A DNA stretch of 32,729 nt from Neovahlkampfia damariscottae. Taxonomy: Eukaryota. Below, piece by piece: positions 20,896 through 32,729 of this stretch. A program made the translations under genes and the position numbers. Within the stretch, counting starts at the first letter, position 1; each line of letters begins with the position of its first letter. Under the pieces are notes generated by a model. That model did not search any database. It had not been told where the DNA came from and worked only from the letters and a program-made list of their open reading frames with translations. Location of the stretch: NCBI GenBank assembly GCA_016618085.1, contig JABLTG010000198.1:1-32729 (forward strand), written 5' to 3'.

Positions 20896-23800
20896 ATGAA
20901 CAAAATCAACTGGTCGTTTTTTTTGTTCGTTTTTTTAAATATTTTTTGTTTGGCGCTTTCAAAAGAGCTTCGTATCAATGAAGTCAGTGCATTAATAAGC
21001 TATAATTCAAACGGAATTATTTTAGAAGTTTCTGGAGTGGAATGCGCACAATGGAGCATAACTGACCCAAGTCTTTTAAAACTAGTTCCAGTAGATATGA
21101 ATGATGCTCTATGTTCCAAAAAAATCAGAGTTTTTTTTTATTTATTTTGTTATTTATTTTTTTTTGAAAGGTGTACCCAAATGAAAAACTTTCAAGTCGT
21201 AAATCAGCTATAGTCTTTGCGAAAAGTCTTGAATCTTCAAAAACTGTGAAATGTGAAGTTTTTGTTGACCATATTGATAGAATTAGTGTTTTGACTATAG
21301 GTTCAATTTTTTTTTGTAATTAAAATTTTTAGATCGTAAAATGGTAATAGGAGAGTTAGAAAATTTAGAAATTCAAGCATTTGATAAAGATGGAAATACA
21401 TTCACAAGATTAGATGGTTTAAATTTTGAATGGAGTACATACAACCCAGAAGGTCAAAAAGGTGCCTTAAAATTGCTCGCAGTGGATGACACAACTGTTA
21501 ATAGAGAATTAAGACAAGATTTGAACGGAGCAAAGAATGGATTCTCAACACAATGTAATATTTCAGTTATATTTTTAAAATATTCAAATTAGCAATTATT
21601 GTTGTTGGTTTAGAAGTTGGCAGAGTGATGGTATCAGCAAAAATATCAGACGTCTTTTATTCACATCTGGAATCTGCAGCTGTACCTCTTTCTGTTTTAG
21701 ATAAACTTGAATTAGACCCATCACGACTTTTATGGGTTGTTCCTGGAGCAATTATTCCATATAAATTAAAAAAAGGTGTTGGTCAAAGTCTTGAAGGTAT
21801 TTTGGAATCAATTTTTACTAAAATCTCTGTAGTTGTTTCAATGCCAAATGAACAATTCAAATGGTCTGTGTCAAATTCAGAAATTGCAGAAATTGACAAC
21901 TCTGGTGTTTTAAAAGCGAACAAAATTGGTCAAACTGATGTAATTGTTCAAGATACAAAATTTACTTTGAATGAAGCTAAAGGAATCATTTTTATTGTAA
22001 AACCAGCAAAATTGAAATTTAAATTCAAACTAATTACAGATTATGATCCAACTATTGAAGAAATAGTTGTTCCATCATGTTCAAGATTTGATTTACAAAG
22101 AAATTTGATTGAAAAACATGATTATGAAGTTGAAGTGGAAGTCTATGATCAAGATGATCGTTTAATATACATCACAGAGGTAAAACATATTTTTTATTTA
22201 ATTATTTTCAGCATACCAAATTTGAGATATCCATTGAAGGAAATGGGGAAGTTTCAAATTATTCCTTAAACAAAGGGAAATTCAACCTTCATGCATTAGA
22301 ACATGGAAGTTTATCATTAAAAGCAACTTTATTACCTGGAAATGATGAGTTCGAAATAATCTCAACTACTGAAAAAAAATCTATAAACTCAAAAGTTAAA
22401 ATTGAATACGAATTAGAAACAATTCATTTACCTTTTAATGAAAATGTTAAACAAAAATATCAAGTCAAAGCAACAGGAGGATCAGGAGCATATTTTTGGT
22501 ATGGAACCAATCCAAACACTGTTAATTTTGATGCAAAAACTGGTACAGTTACAGCAATAGCAGAAGGAGAAAGTAAGATATACGTTGCAGATCAAAACAG
22601 TTGTTACAATGGTGATTCTAGAATAGTCAGTGTGAGTGCTCCAGCTTCAATCAATTTCGTAAAAGGTTACAGAGAGACTGCTGTTGCTTCAAATTTATGT
22701 TTAGAAGTTTCACTCAAAAATTTACGTGGAAATTCATTTGCAAATTTTTCTTCTTTGACTTTATCTTGGTCACTTGGAGATCTTTCAATCTATGCAAGAT
22801 CACCTCAACAAAAGGTTAATCATTATTGTTTTCATGCATTATCTGTTGGAGAAACAACCATCACTGCAAAATTAAAAGGATCCATTCAAGATAAAACTAT
22901 GATTGGAGCATTCCCTATGTTAGAGATTATTCCTAAAAATGAGTTTTTAGTAACACTAGGATCAGAAATCCAAGTTGAAGTAAAAAAATTCAAAAATTCT
23001 AACATTTGAAAGGTCACTGGAGGTCCAATAAAATGGAGCAAAGAATATAATTCTGAAATCAAATATTCCACTGCTGTTGAACATTCCAATAAATTAACAT
23101 TGAAATCAATGGAAGAAAATGAAAAGAAACGAGTGTACGCTATCACATGCAAGGATTTTGGATCTCAACAGATTAAATTTACTGTTGACCATTCTACCTC
23201 TATTATTGGATTCAAACCTACAAAGGTCAATATCACTGCAACTTATCATTGTCATAAACCAACTTCATTGAATATGATTCCTTTGAACCATGCAAATGAT
23301 CATGAATTGTCCCCAATTCCTGTATCAGGAACAACTCAACAAGCTTATAATATCAAAAATAATCAAACATTACCAGTGATAATGAAAGTTTACAACGAAA
23401 ATGGAGCATTATTTGATGATATTTCTTCACTTCAAATTGAATGGAATCTCGATGAAACAGTAAGACTTAAATTCACATTGACTCTATTCTAGAAAATTGC
23501 CAAATTTTCAAAAACTGATAAAAAATTGACTGATAAAACATTTCTTGATATTGGTGAAGCAGAAGGATCTCTCATTCTGAAAGGTGCAGTAGTAGGATAT
23601 CAATCAGGAGTTTCAAGTTTCTTTGCTGAAAAATTTGATAGAATTGAGGGAGATGTAGAATTAAGAATCACATCAAATCTTTTTTTGAATCCTTCTTTTG
23701 TAAGTTAAATATTAATTTTTATATTTTTTAGTATCTCCTTTTCAGAAGTTCAAAAACAACATGTATTTTAACTGCTGGTGGAGGAAGTGGAAAATATCAA

Positions 23801-26182
23801 TTCACAACAAATAACACTCAAATTTCAACAATGTCAACTGAAAAAAATACTGTTGAATTACGTGGAATCCAAGAAGGATATGTTGGTGTTCAAGTTTTAG
23901 ACTCACAATTTTCCAGTTCAGTTGAGTCAGTAATTAAAATATCAGATATTCATTATGTGAAAATCACAGGACCAAGATTGGTCAAAGAAGGCGAAATAAT
24001 TAGTGTTTCTGTTGTTGTGATGGATGAAGAAGGAAATGAATTTGATGGTTCTCAAATTTTTGCAATGCAACCAAGAATTGATAATAATTACATATCCATT
24101 GCTACTGTTGATAAAAATACTACAAATTCATATTCTGTAAAAGGATTATCACCTGGTGTTGTGAAATTGGTTGCCTCCGTGATCAATACAGAAGGAAGTC
24201 GAATTTTCAGCAATGTTTTTCAAGTTCAAGTTTTCAGTGAATTAAAAGTTGAACCATCAGATCTTAAAATGATTCCAGGAGCAGAATATCAGATATCAAT
24301 TACTGGAGGTCCATCAGAAGGCGATATTAGAACATTCTATTCAATAACAACTGAAATATCTGATAATGTTGATCCAATAGTTGCAAAGATTGATAACCAG
24401 GGTGTTATTACTGCAATTAATTATGGATCAGCAATGGTTGTAGTTGAAAGAGTCTTTGAAAAAGAAACTTTTGCCAGGTTGATTGTTCCAATATATGTTG
24501 TCAAGCTCACTGGAATTGGAGCAGCTTCAAAGATTTCCCTTTATGAAGGAATGTGTTCATCTTTGACAATCCATGGTGAAAGTGACAAAGGAGTAGTTCA
24601 ACAATTGTTTAAACAATCACCAAACTTTGGCGTTTCATTCTATTCTGAAAATTCAAATGTTGCAACTGTCATTGGAAGTAGTGATTCATATGAAAAAGTA
24701 AATTCTGCTGTGGTTTGTGCAAATCAAATTGGCTCAACTGAAATAACAATCAGATCAGAATTTAAACATATCACACTTGGTTTAATCAGATCAACTTACT
24801 CAACAAAAATAGTTGTAGAAAAGAAATTAGCTTTTATGCATGATCCATGCAATCCACAAATTTTATTAGCTCCACTTTCAACGTTCAAAATACAGACAAA
24901 TAAAAACAAGTTCTCAACATTCAAATACATTTTAAAGAATGACGAACATTTCAATATTGATCAGTATGGTACGTTGACAGCAAAAAATCATGAGGCAACC
25001 TCAAACGTTGAAGTTGTTGATGTTCAAGATAATCAAAATTTGTATAAAAAAATATCTGTTGTTTCAGTTCATTCACTTGGTATTGAATCAACAGAAACAG
25101 GAAAATTAACAAATCAAATTACCATTCCATTAGGAATTGTCTCAACTGTTAAGGTGATTGCTTTGAGTAATATGGGAGAAAAATTATCAGGTTTCAATGG
25201 AGTTGTGATCAAAGAAAGAAAGAATTATCAAAATTTAGTGACAATCCATCTAGAAAATGATGGAATTTTAAAATTAAAAGCACTCAAAGAAGGAAACACA
25301 ATTCTTGAACTTTCTTCTGATTCAGTTTCAAATCCATTTTATGTCAGAGTAACAGTATTTGGAGCAATTAAACCAGTCAACCCATATATGATTATTGGAG
25401 ACAAAATTTCATTCAACACTATTTCTTATGATACAGGAATTTGGAAATCAAATGATGAAAGAATAATCAAATTTGAAAATCCACATGAAGGTATTGCTTT
25501 AGCTTTGACAGAAGGAAAAACATCAGTATCATTCAATTCAAATCAAATCTCAACCTCAACAACTACTTATATATCAAAAATTAGTTCAATCTCAATTTCT
25601 TCATCAAAAACAAGTAATTATTTTAGAACAAATGAGCAATTAGAAATTTCTGTTAAATTATTTGATTCTTATGGAAATGAAATCATTTCAAATCCAAAAG
25701 GAATTGTTAGAAAATTAAATATTGAATGTGGATCAACAGATTCAAATTTATTCACAACAGAAAAATATGAAGAGAATAAATGCATATTAATGCCTACATC
25801 ATATCTCAATTCTCAAGTTGGACTGAATGTTTCATTCAAATTATACATCAGAGTAAAAACTCCGCAACAAGATTATGTTGTCGAGTCAAAAGAAATTAGT
25901 TTAAAATTACTTGATAATTTTGATACTTCAAAGAACAATACAACTGAAACAAAGGAATCTTCAACTTCTTCTTCTTATTCAACTTGGTTTGTTTCATTTT
26001 TGATTGTAGGAATTGTATCATTTTTCTTAGCAAGAAGAAAAAAGAAAAAAATTGAAAAGAAAAGAACATTTGATGATGATGATGAAGAAGGTAATTTTCA
26101 AGAAATGAATATTCTTGAAGACTCAACATACGAATTGGCACCATCACCTAATTCAGTTTGGAAAAGAGTAAATGCTAATTGA
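20896..26182 (+). CDS. NUP210: Nuclear pore membrane glycoprotein gp210/NUP210, multi-exon
   Basis: Signal peptide; C..WS..P; LEIQAFDKDGNTFTRLDGLNFEWS; many Ig-like (BIG2) repeats; single C-terminal TM followed by a basic stretch and short tail. Confidence 0.88.
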
Positions 26183-26197
26183 TTAAAAAATTTTGTT

Positions 26198-26580
26198 TTA
26201 TGAATTTTCTATTTGAATTCCAAGATCACCTCCTGCAATAAAACAAACTTGTTCAAATTAATTGTTTTTCTTTTGTTTACCATATCCTTTTATTTCTTTT
26301 GCTTCTGGTTTTGGGTCTTTGTAGAAAACACAACAATTTTTATTTTCTTTTCCATCTACAGTTACATTAAAATGAGATGCTTCTCCTTTCCATTTTCCAT
26401 CTGTTTTTTTATCACTATTTTTTTTAATTTTTTTTTTTAGCACCTTTCTTTAAAATATTCCATATCAAGTGAATCAATTGGGAAATATATATTTCCATCA
26501 AATTCTACACATTTCTTTTTTGATGCTTTTGCAATGGTAGTGTTTTGCCACATAGCAGAGTAATTTCTTGTCCAAGACAT
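26198..26580 (-). CDS. DUF427 (NTP_transf_9) family protein, 2 introns
   Basis: Spliced: MSWTRNYSAMWQNTTIAKASKKKCVEFDGNIYFPIDSLDMEYFKESDKKTDGKWKGEASHFNVTVDGKENKNCCVFYKDPKPEAKEIKGYVCF..., matching the GNxYFP / WKG / YxxP / IKG pattern. Confidence 0.85.
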
Positions 26581-26668
26581 TGGAGGTTTTGATTGGTCAC
26601 TGAAACCATTAGAAATTTAACAACTGAAAGATTTATTCAATTCATCATGTGTTGAGAATAAAATACTA

Positions 26669-28082
26669 TTAAAAATCCAATTCAGACAAAATCCTGCAAA
26701 ATTGATCTGTTTTGGCGAGTTCATCAATATTTGAAATATTCTCAGAATCTTTCATATTTTCCACTGCAGCAATAATACTTTTTCTCATTTTTACACCTCT
26801 ATCCTGAAGAACATATTTCAACAGTTTATCATTATTTGCCCATCCAGCAATATTTGCCATGTTAAACTAAGAAATGTCAAAAGATTCAATCTCAAAACTT
26901 ACTTGTGAAAACAATGTCTTATTTTCATCAATCTCTTTCATGTATGTTCCACTAAAACTGAACATATGGTACACTTTCTTCATTTTTTCAGTTCCCTCTG
27001 AATCAATCCCAACTTTAGTTTTAATTTGTTTCAACCAATTCTCTTCTTTCAAAAATGGTTTTGATACATTCAAAAATATCTTATTTTCTTTATCATAATG
27101 ATATGAACATACAGTTGATAATAATCTCATGTTCAATGGTTTTGGTAATTGAATTGAAAAAACAACACTACATTGTGCTCTTGGAATGTATTTTTCACAT
27201 TTTTCTGGATTGTCTTTGAAATGTTCTTTGATTTCTTTGTAGGTTTTAAAATCACTGAATTTTGAATTCTTTATTGAAAGGTCACTACAAACACCCTTTT
27301 CTGTATAATTTGCCATTATAATTTGTTCAATAGAAAATGGAAAAACACATTCAAATTTTGAAGCACTTGTTTTGATTGAATTTCCAATACCAGGTAAATG
27401 ATTTACACTTGAGATAAATGTATTAATATTATTATCTACTTTTGATCCTAATAACTATGTTTCATCATTAAATCCCTTTTAAACTTACCTCCCAACTAAA
27501 ATCATCTTTGGAAATATCACAAGCAAATTCAAAATCAATATCTTCAATGTATGGTGTTCTAAATGATTCAATAGTAAAATCATAACTACTAGTTAGCTTT
27601 GCTATTACTATTGATGGATTTAAAACATGTTTTTGAATCATAGTTCCACATATTGGAGTTCTTATGAATCTCTTGAATGAATCATGTTGTAATTCTTGTT
27701 TTAGTACTCTTTCCACATCTTGAAATACATCTTTTGGTAACTTTTCGAATGTCCAAGTTTCATTGTTTTCAATTTCTTCTTTATATATTTTTTCCAACAT
27801 TTTTCTTTTTTCATGAGATATATTTACTTGGTTTTCTGAACCGTTCAAAAAGTAAGTTGTTAGAATTGATGAGACTTTTATAATTTGCTCTTTTTCATCT
27901 TTTATCTCTTTTAGTTTTTCTATTTCCAATAAACAATCAAAAGGCTCTGAATTGAATTCTGTTTTCAGGAATTTCTTGAATTCTTTTTTTACTTCTTCAT
28001 TGTTGAATACAGAAGAGAACTTGAGTAAAAAGTTGTCTTTATCGAATTTAAAACTCTTTCTCGGGTCTCCAATTTGTGACAT
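26669..28082 (-). CDS. RGS domain protein fused to START/SRPBCC-like domain, 2 introns
   Basis: RGS signature FKKFLKTEFNSEPFDCLLEI...NQVNISHE...QELQHDSFKRF; downstream FEC, LPKPLNMR..., IDENKTLFSQV. Confidence 0.8.
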
Positions 28083-28249
28083 TTCTGATTGGATTGATTA
28101 TTGATCCAATGACAGAGTAGATAAAATAAAATTCTTTTTGTGGTACTATTAATTGTTTTGTCTCTTATATGAGGTTTTAAAAAAACTGTCAAATTGAAGA
28201 AAACTACAAATTGGAAGAAAAATGTTGGACCAATAAAAAAAGGTTTCTC

Positions 28250-29663
<1,414 letters not shown>

Positions 29664-29798
29664 AAAGATTCTAATTTTGAAGAAATTCAAAGAAACGAAT
29701 ATTTGAAATGATTTTTATAATCAAACTTAAATAAGTTAATTTATTCAACTTTTTATTTTTTTCTATTCTTATTGGTTGTTGAATTTGATGAAATTTCT

Positions 29799-30873
29799 TT
29801 AATTTATTTTCAAATCAGGATATTCTTTTGATAAATAAGTTTTTCTTTTATTCTCAATTTCTTCTTGTTCTCTTGTTGTAATCATTGATTTATTTCGAAT
29901 TGATATTTTTTTGTAATATTCTTTTTCTGCTTTTTCTGCATCTTTTGTGTATCTCATTGAATATCTGAATACTTTTGCTGCTACTTCAATTGGTGATTCA
30001 CCTGTTATTTTATCATCAATTTCATCATACTCAGTTGATGTATCCCTTGCTTTAATAAAATAATAAGCAGCCTCTCGAATCAATAATTCAACTACATCTT
30101 GTGATTGTTTTAATTCAACAACAACATTTGCAAATGAAATATTAACATGTGATAAAATATTTGGTGAAAAAACAACTGCTAGATTTGTAGTCGTCATTTT
30201 ATTGATTTTTGAGTTTTGACTAATTTCATGTAATGTTAAACATAAATGTGATAAAACTTAAAGTTTAAAATACTTTTTGTTTTTTTACTTTTTTTGTTTG
30301 ATGATGGTAAATAATTCAAAACTTTTTTTAAAAGTAATTTTCTTTCTTTTTCTTCTTTGTTTTTAGTAACAGCAAGAAACATGTCATAACATTCAAATGT
30401 ACATATTGGTTCAGGTAATTCTCGTAGAAATAATTTGACCAAGTCGGAAATCTAAAATTAAAAATAATTTTTTTCTTACAATTTCAATCCCGTATTTTTT
30501 CTCAATTTGGCTAAAATCTATGGTCTCTTTTGAATTTAATTTATCTTTGATTTTTAATAAATCAGTTTTTGCTGCAGCTATTCGAAATATTCCTTCAGAT
30601 TTTATTCCTTTTTCTTTGATGAAATCTAAACCTATTTTTGAATGGATTATTAAAAAATTAAAGAAATATAATACCTCTTATTAGAAATAATGGATATTCA
30701 TTCATTTCTTTTCCAAATTGAACTTGTACTTTATCCATATTTAATTTTTCGTTTTCTATGTTTTCGAATTTCGTTTTGATTACAGGACTCTCAGAGATCT
30801 TTACACCACCTCTTTTTCTATCACCACCTTCACATGTCACTGTGTATTTTCTTGTTTTTTTATCAAACATCAT
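29799..30873 (-). CDS. RhoGAP domain protein, multi-exon
   Basis: KSEGIFRIAA (arginine finger), LVKLFLRELPEPICTF, SKINKMTTTNLAVVFSPNIL. Confidence 0.9.
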
Positions 30874-31064
30874 TTTAGTTGTTTGATGGAAAAATCTTTG
30901 ACCAATCAAACGGTCCCATTTTCAACGTCGATTTCTCGGTTTTGAGAATTCAAATTTGTTTCTGTGTCGTGTCTTATTTAATCTCAGACGTTTTAGCTAG
31001 CTTGAAAAATTAATTGACCAATCATTCTCTCTTTTTTATCCAATCATAAATTGTTGACGTGTAG

Positions 31065-31259
31065 ATGAAGTTGGGTGTGGTCCTTTTGCTCTTGTTTGCA
31101 TATTTGGTACTTTCTGTACCTATTCGATGTGCTGAAGTATCTATAAACACTCTGGAAGAAGAGGACACTTTTGAACTTGATGATGACTTAAATATTATGT
31201 CCATCGATAAAAAATGCGAAAATTCTGATACCTGTGCTTTTCACTTGACAAGTGATTAG
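31065..31259 (+). CDS. Small secreted protein, possibly a frameshifted or truncated gene continuing to about 31430
   Basis: Signal peptide MKLGVVLLLLFAYLVLS, CCAATCA motifs just upstream, and a host-type intron at 31345-31376 downstream of the stop. Confidence 0.5.
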   Translation: MKLGVVLLLLFAYLVLSVPIRCAEVSINTLEEEDTFELDDDLNIMSIDKKCENSDTCAFHLTSD

Positions 31260-31631
31260 AGGATGCAACAAATATGCTTATTTTACAGATTTTATCAAAT
31301 CTTTACCAAAAAAACTTATTCAAGTAATGTGTGTGGCAGGACTCGTAATTAAAATTAAAATTTTATTTACAAAAAGGCGGAAATTCAAAACCTGACGGTT
31401 TCTCTTCCTGCTTCGCCTTGAACAATTTAATAACTCCAATCTAATTGAAACATTTAATTTATTACTTTAATTTACCATTACCTATTTACCAATTAAATTA
31501 TAACAAAAAGGAATAAGCTAAATAACTGGTAATATGGTAAGGTAGTTTATGGAATTTTATAAAAGTTTAAAAAAATGGTGTATTTTACAGGAAAGGATTA
31601 GATGGTCTAACCAACCAACCTGATGACCGGA

Positions 31632-31841
31632 CAATAAAATCTGGCAACTAAATGTCAGCAACAACTACTGGGGCAACTGAATGGCAATTTTGGAAGTGAA
31701 GGCGAACAAAATTTTTCATAAAAACATAGGAGTTAGCGACGAAGTTTTCCGTTTCCTCCTTGTAAAGGAGGTTATAAACATTACAGGAAATAAAACAGGC
31801 AATAAAAATTGGTATCTAAATGACAACAACAACTACTGGGG
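31632..31841 (+). repeat. Imperfect 42-bp direct repeat (31632-31673 and 31800-31841)
   Basis: caataaaatctggcaactaaatgtcagcaacaactactgggg vs caataaaaattggtatctaaatgacaacaacaactactgggg, 36/42 identical by hand alignment. Confidence 0.85.
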
Positions 31842-32064
31842 TGTGGCACAATTTAATGGTAATAAAATTAATTGTGTTTTTATTGGTTAAAAAGCTTCTA
31901 AACCGGCCTCGAGGACAGTTTAGAACCAATAAAATAAAAATATAATGTAATGGTATAATGGCTACGGCAAAACTGATAATATTATAATAAGCAAGGCAAC
32001 ACCTATTGTTTATGATATTTATTCTGTTGTTTAATTAAATTTTATATATTATTATTATATAGAT

Positions 32065-32271
32065 ATGAAGGAAATTGAAATTTGCGTAAATTGTAGTGAC
32101 ACTGAATACTATTATAATATGGATTATTGCGCAGGATGCTGTAGATTTTTATGTAATGGATGTATTGATGCTGAAAATATTATAATAGATAAAGACAATG
32201 ATTTTTGTAGTCTTTGCAAAAAAAAGAATAAAGAAGAAAATGATTCATCTTCCGATTGTGATGATAATTAA
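32065..32271 (+). CDS. Small intronless Cys-rich (zinc-finger-like) protein
   Basis: Four CxxC pairs (CVNC, CAGC, CNGC, CSLC) and an acidic tail; preceded by a TATATA-rich leader. Confidence 0.6.
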   Translation: MKEIEICVNCSDTEYYYNMDYCAGCCRFLCNGCIDAENIIIDKDNDFCSLCKKKNKEENDSSSDCDDN

Positions 32272-32334
32272 CAATAATTTTAATTATTTTCAACTAAATT
32301 ATTTGAAAATAAAAATATATAGTAATAATATAAA

Positions 32335-32490
32335 ATGGAAATTTGTTATAGAGATAAAATTAGATGGTCAGATTATCCAAGAAATGCAATACAATCAATG
32401 AATTTAAGATTTGAAAAAGATGATTTTAGACAATGTTCGTATAATATTATTTTTCATATGATATTTACATATATTAAGACTTCTATGTAA
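32335..32490 (+). CDS. Tiny intronless ORF (51 aa, MEICYRDKIRWSDYPRNAIQSMNLRFEKDD...)
   Basis: Preceded by AAAATATATAGTAATAATATAAA, similar to the leader of the previous ORF. No recognised homology. Confidence 0.35.
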   Translation: MEICYRDKIRWSDYPRNAIQSMNLRFEKDDFRQCSYNIIFHMIFTYIKTSM

Positions 32491-32499
32491 TTCGTCGCG

Positions 32500-32729
32500 T
32501 TATCAGAATAAACTTTGGTTTTCAACTTGAAGTCTATGGTTTCAACCGAACAAATAGTGTTTTTCCAACTAACATAACTTTAATCCGAATAAGTCATGTT
32601 ACTCCGAATAAGTGATGTTTCAGCCAAATAAGTTGTATTAATCAAAATAAGTCATGTTATGGAAGAAACGTCACGCTTTTATGGATAACATGACACTTCA
32701 AGATGAAACGTGTCACTTTCAATTAAAAC
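32500..32729. repeat. Degenerate 19-20-bp tandem array with an orientation switch (foldback/MITE-like)
   Basis: Units tccgaataagtcatgtt, tccgaataagtgatgtt, gccaaataagttgtatt, tcaaaataagtcatgtt; GTCATGTTAT (32651-32660) is mirrored by ATAACATGAC (32685-32694). Confidence 0.7.

Noticed and set aside
31588..31650. Hammerhead ribozyme (CTGATGA followed by a stem, GAAA upstream)
   Set aside because: No GAAA after stem II, and the permuted reading lacks the UH cleavage site and stem I.
31632..31841. DGR template/variable repeat pair or CRISPR array
   Set aside because: Mismatches are not confined to adenines of one copy; only two good copies; no RT or cas gene in view.
31681..31890. 69-aa ORF
   Set aside because: Runs through hairpins and repeats, has no recognisable motif, and its frame is not preserved in the other repeat copy's context.

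Overview
A very AT-rich, extremely gene-dense region of a eukaryotic (protist) nuclear genome. It uses the standard code, has many tiny GT-AG introns (about 25-40 nt) and very short intergenic spacers; the gene content would fit a heterolobosean/Discoba-like amoeba, but that is inference. The core (about 530-31260) holds about 20 host genes: C2-domain protein, RPL37, ELYS, PhnP-like MBL hydrolase, ARM-repeat protein, pseudokinase-WD40, MED15-like, TTD14-like P-loop NTPase, RPLP0, PEX7, SAP-LRR protein, GID8, NUP210, DUF427, RGS-START-like, DYRK1 and RhoGAP. It also holds a SNORD30/U30-like box C/D snoRNA. A CCAATCA motif sits next to most gene starts. The left edge is the 3' end of a Fanzor2 (eukaryotic IS607-TnpB) RNA-guided nuclease gene, with the rearranged RuvC-II, a +1 frameshift, a structured omegaRNA-like tail and an IS607-like ...GCGG end. 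The right edge (about 31430-32729) is a foreign-looking segment: a hairpin-dense non-coding block with a roughly 169-bp periodic motif, two tiny intronless virus-style ORFs, and a 19-20-bp repeat array that flips orientation.
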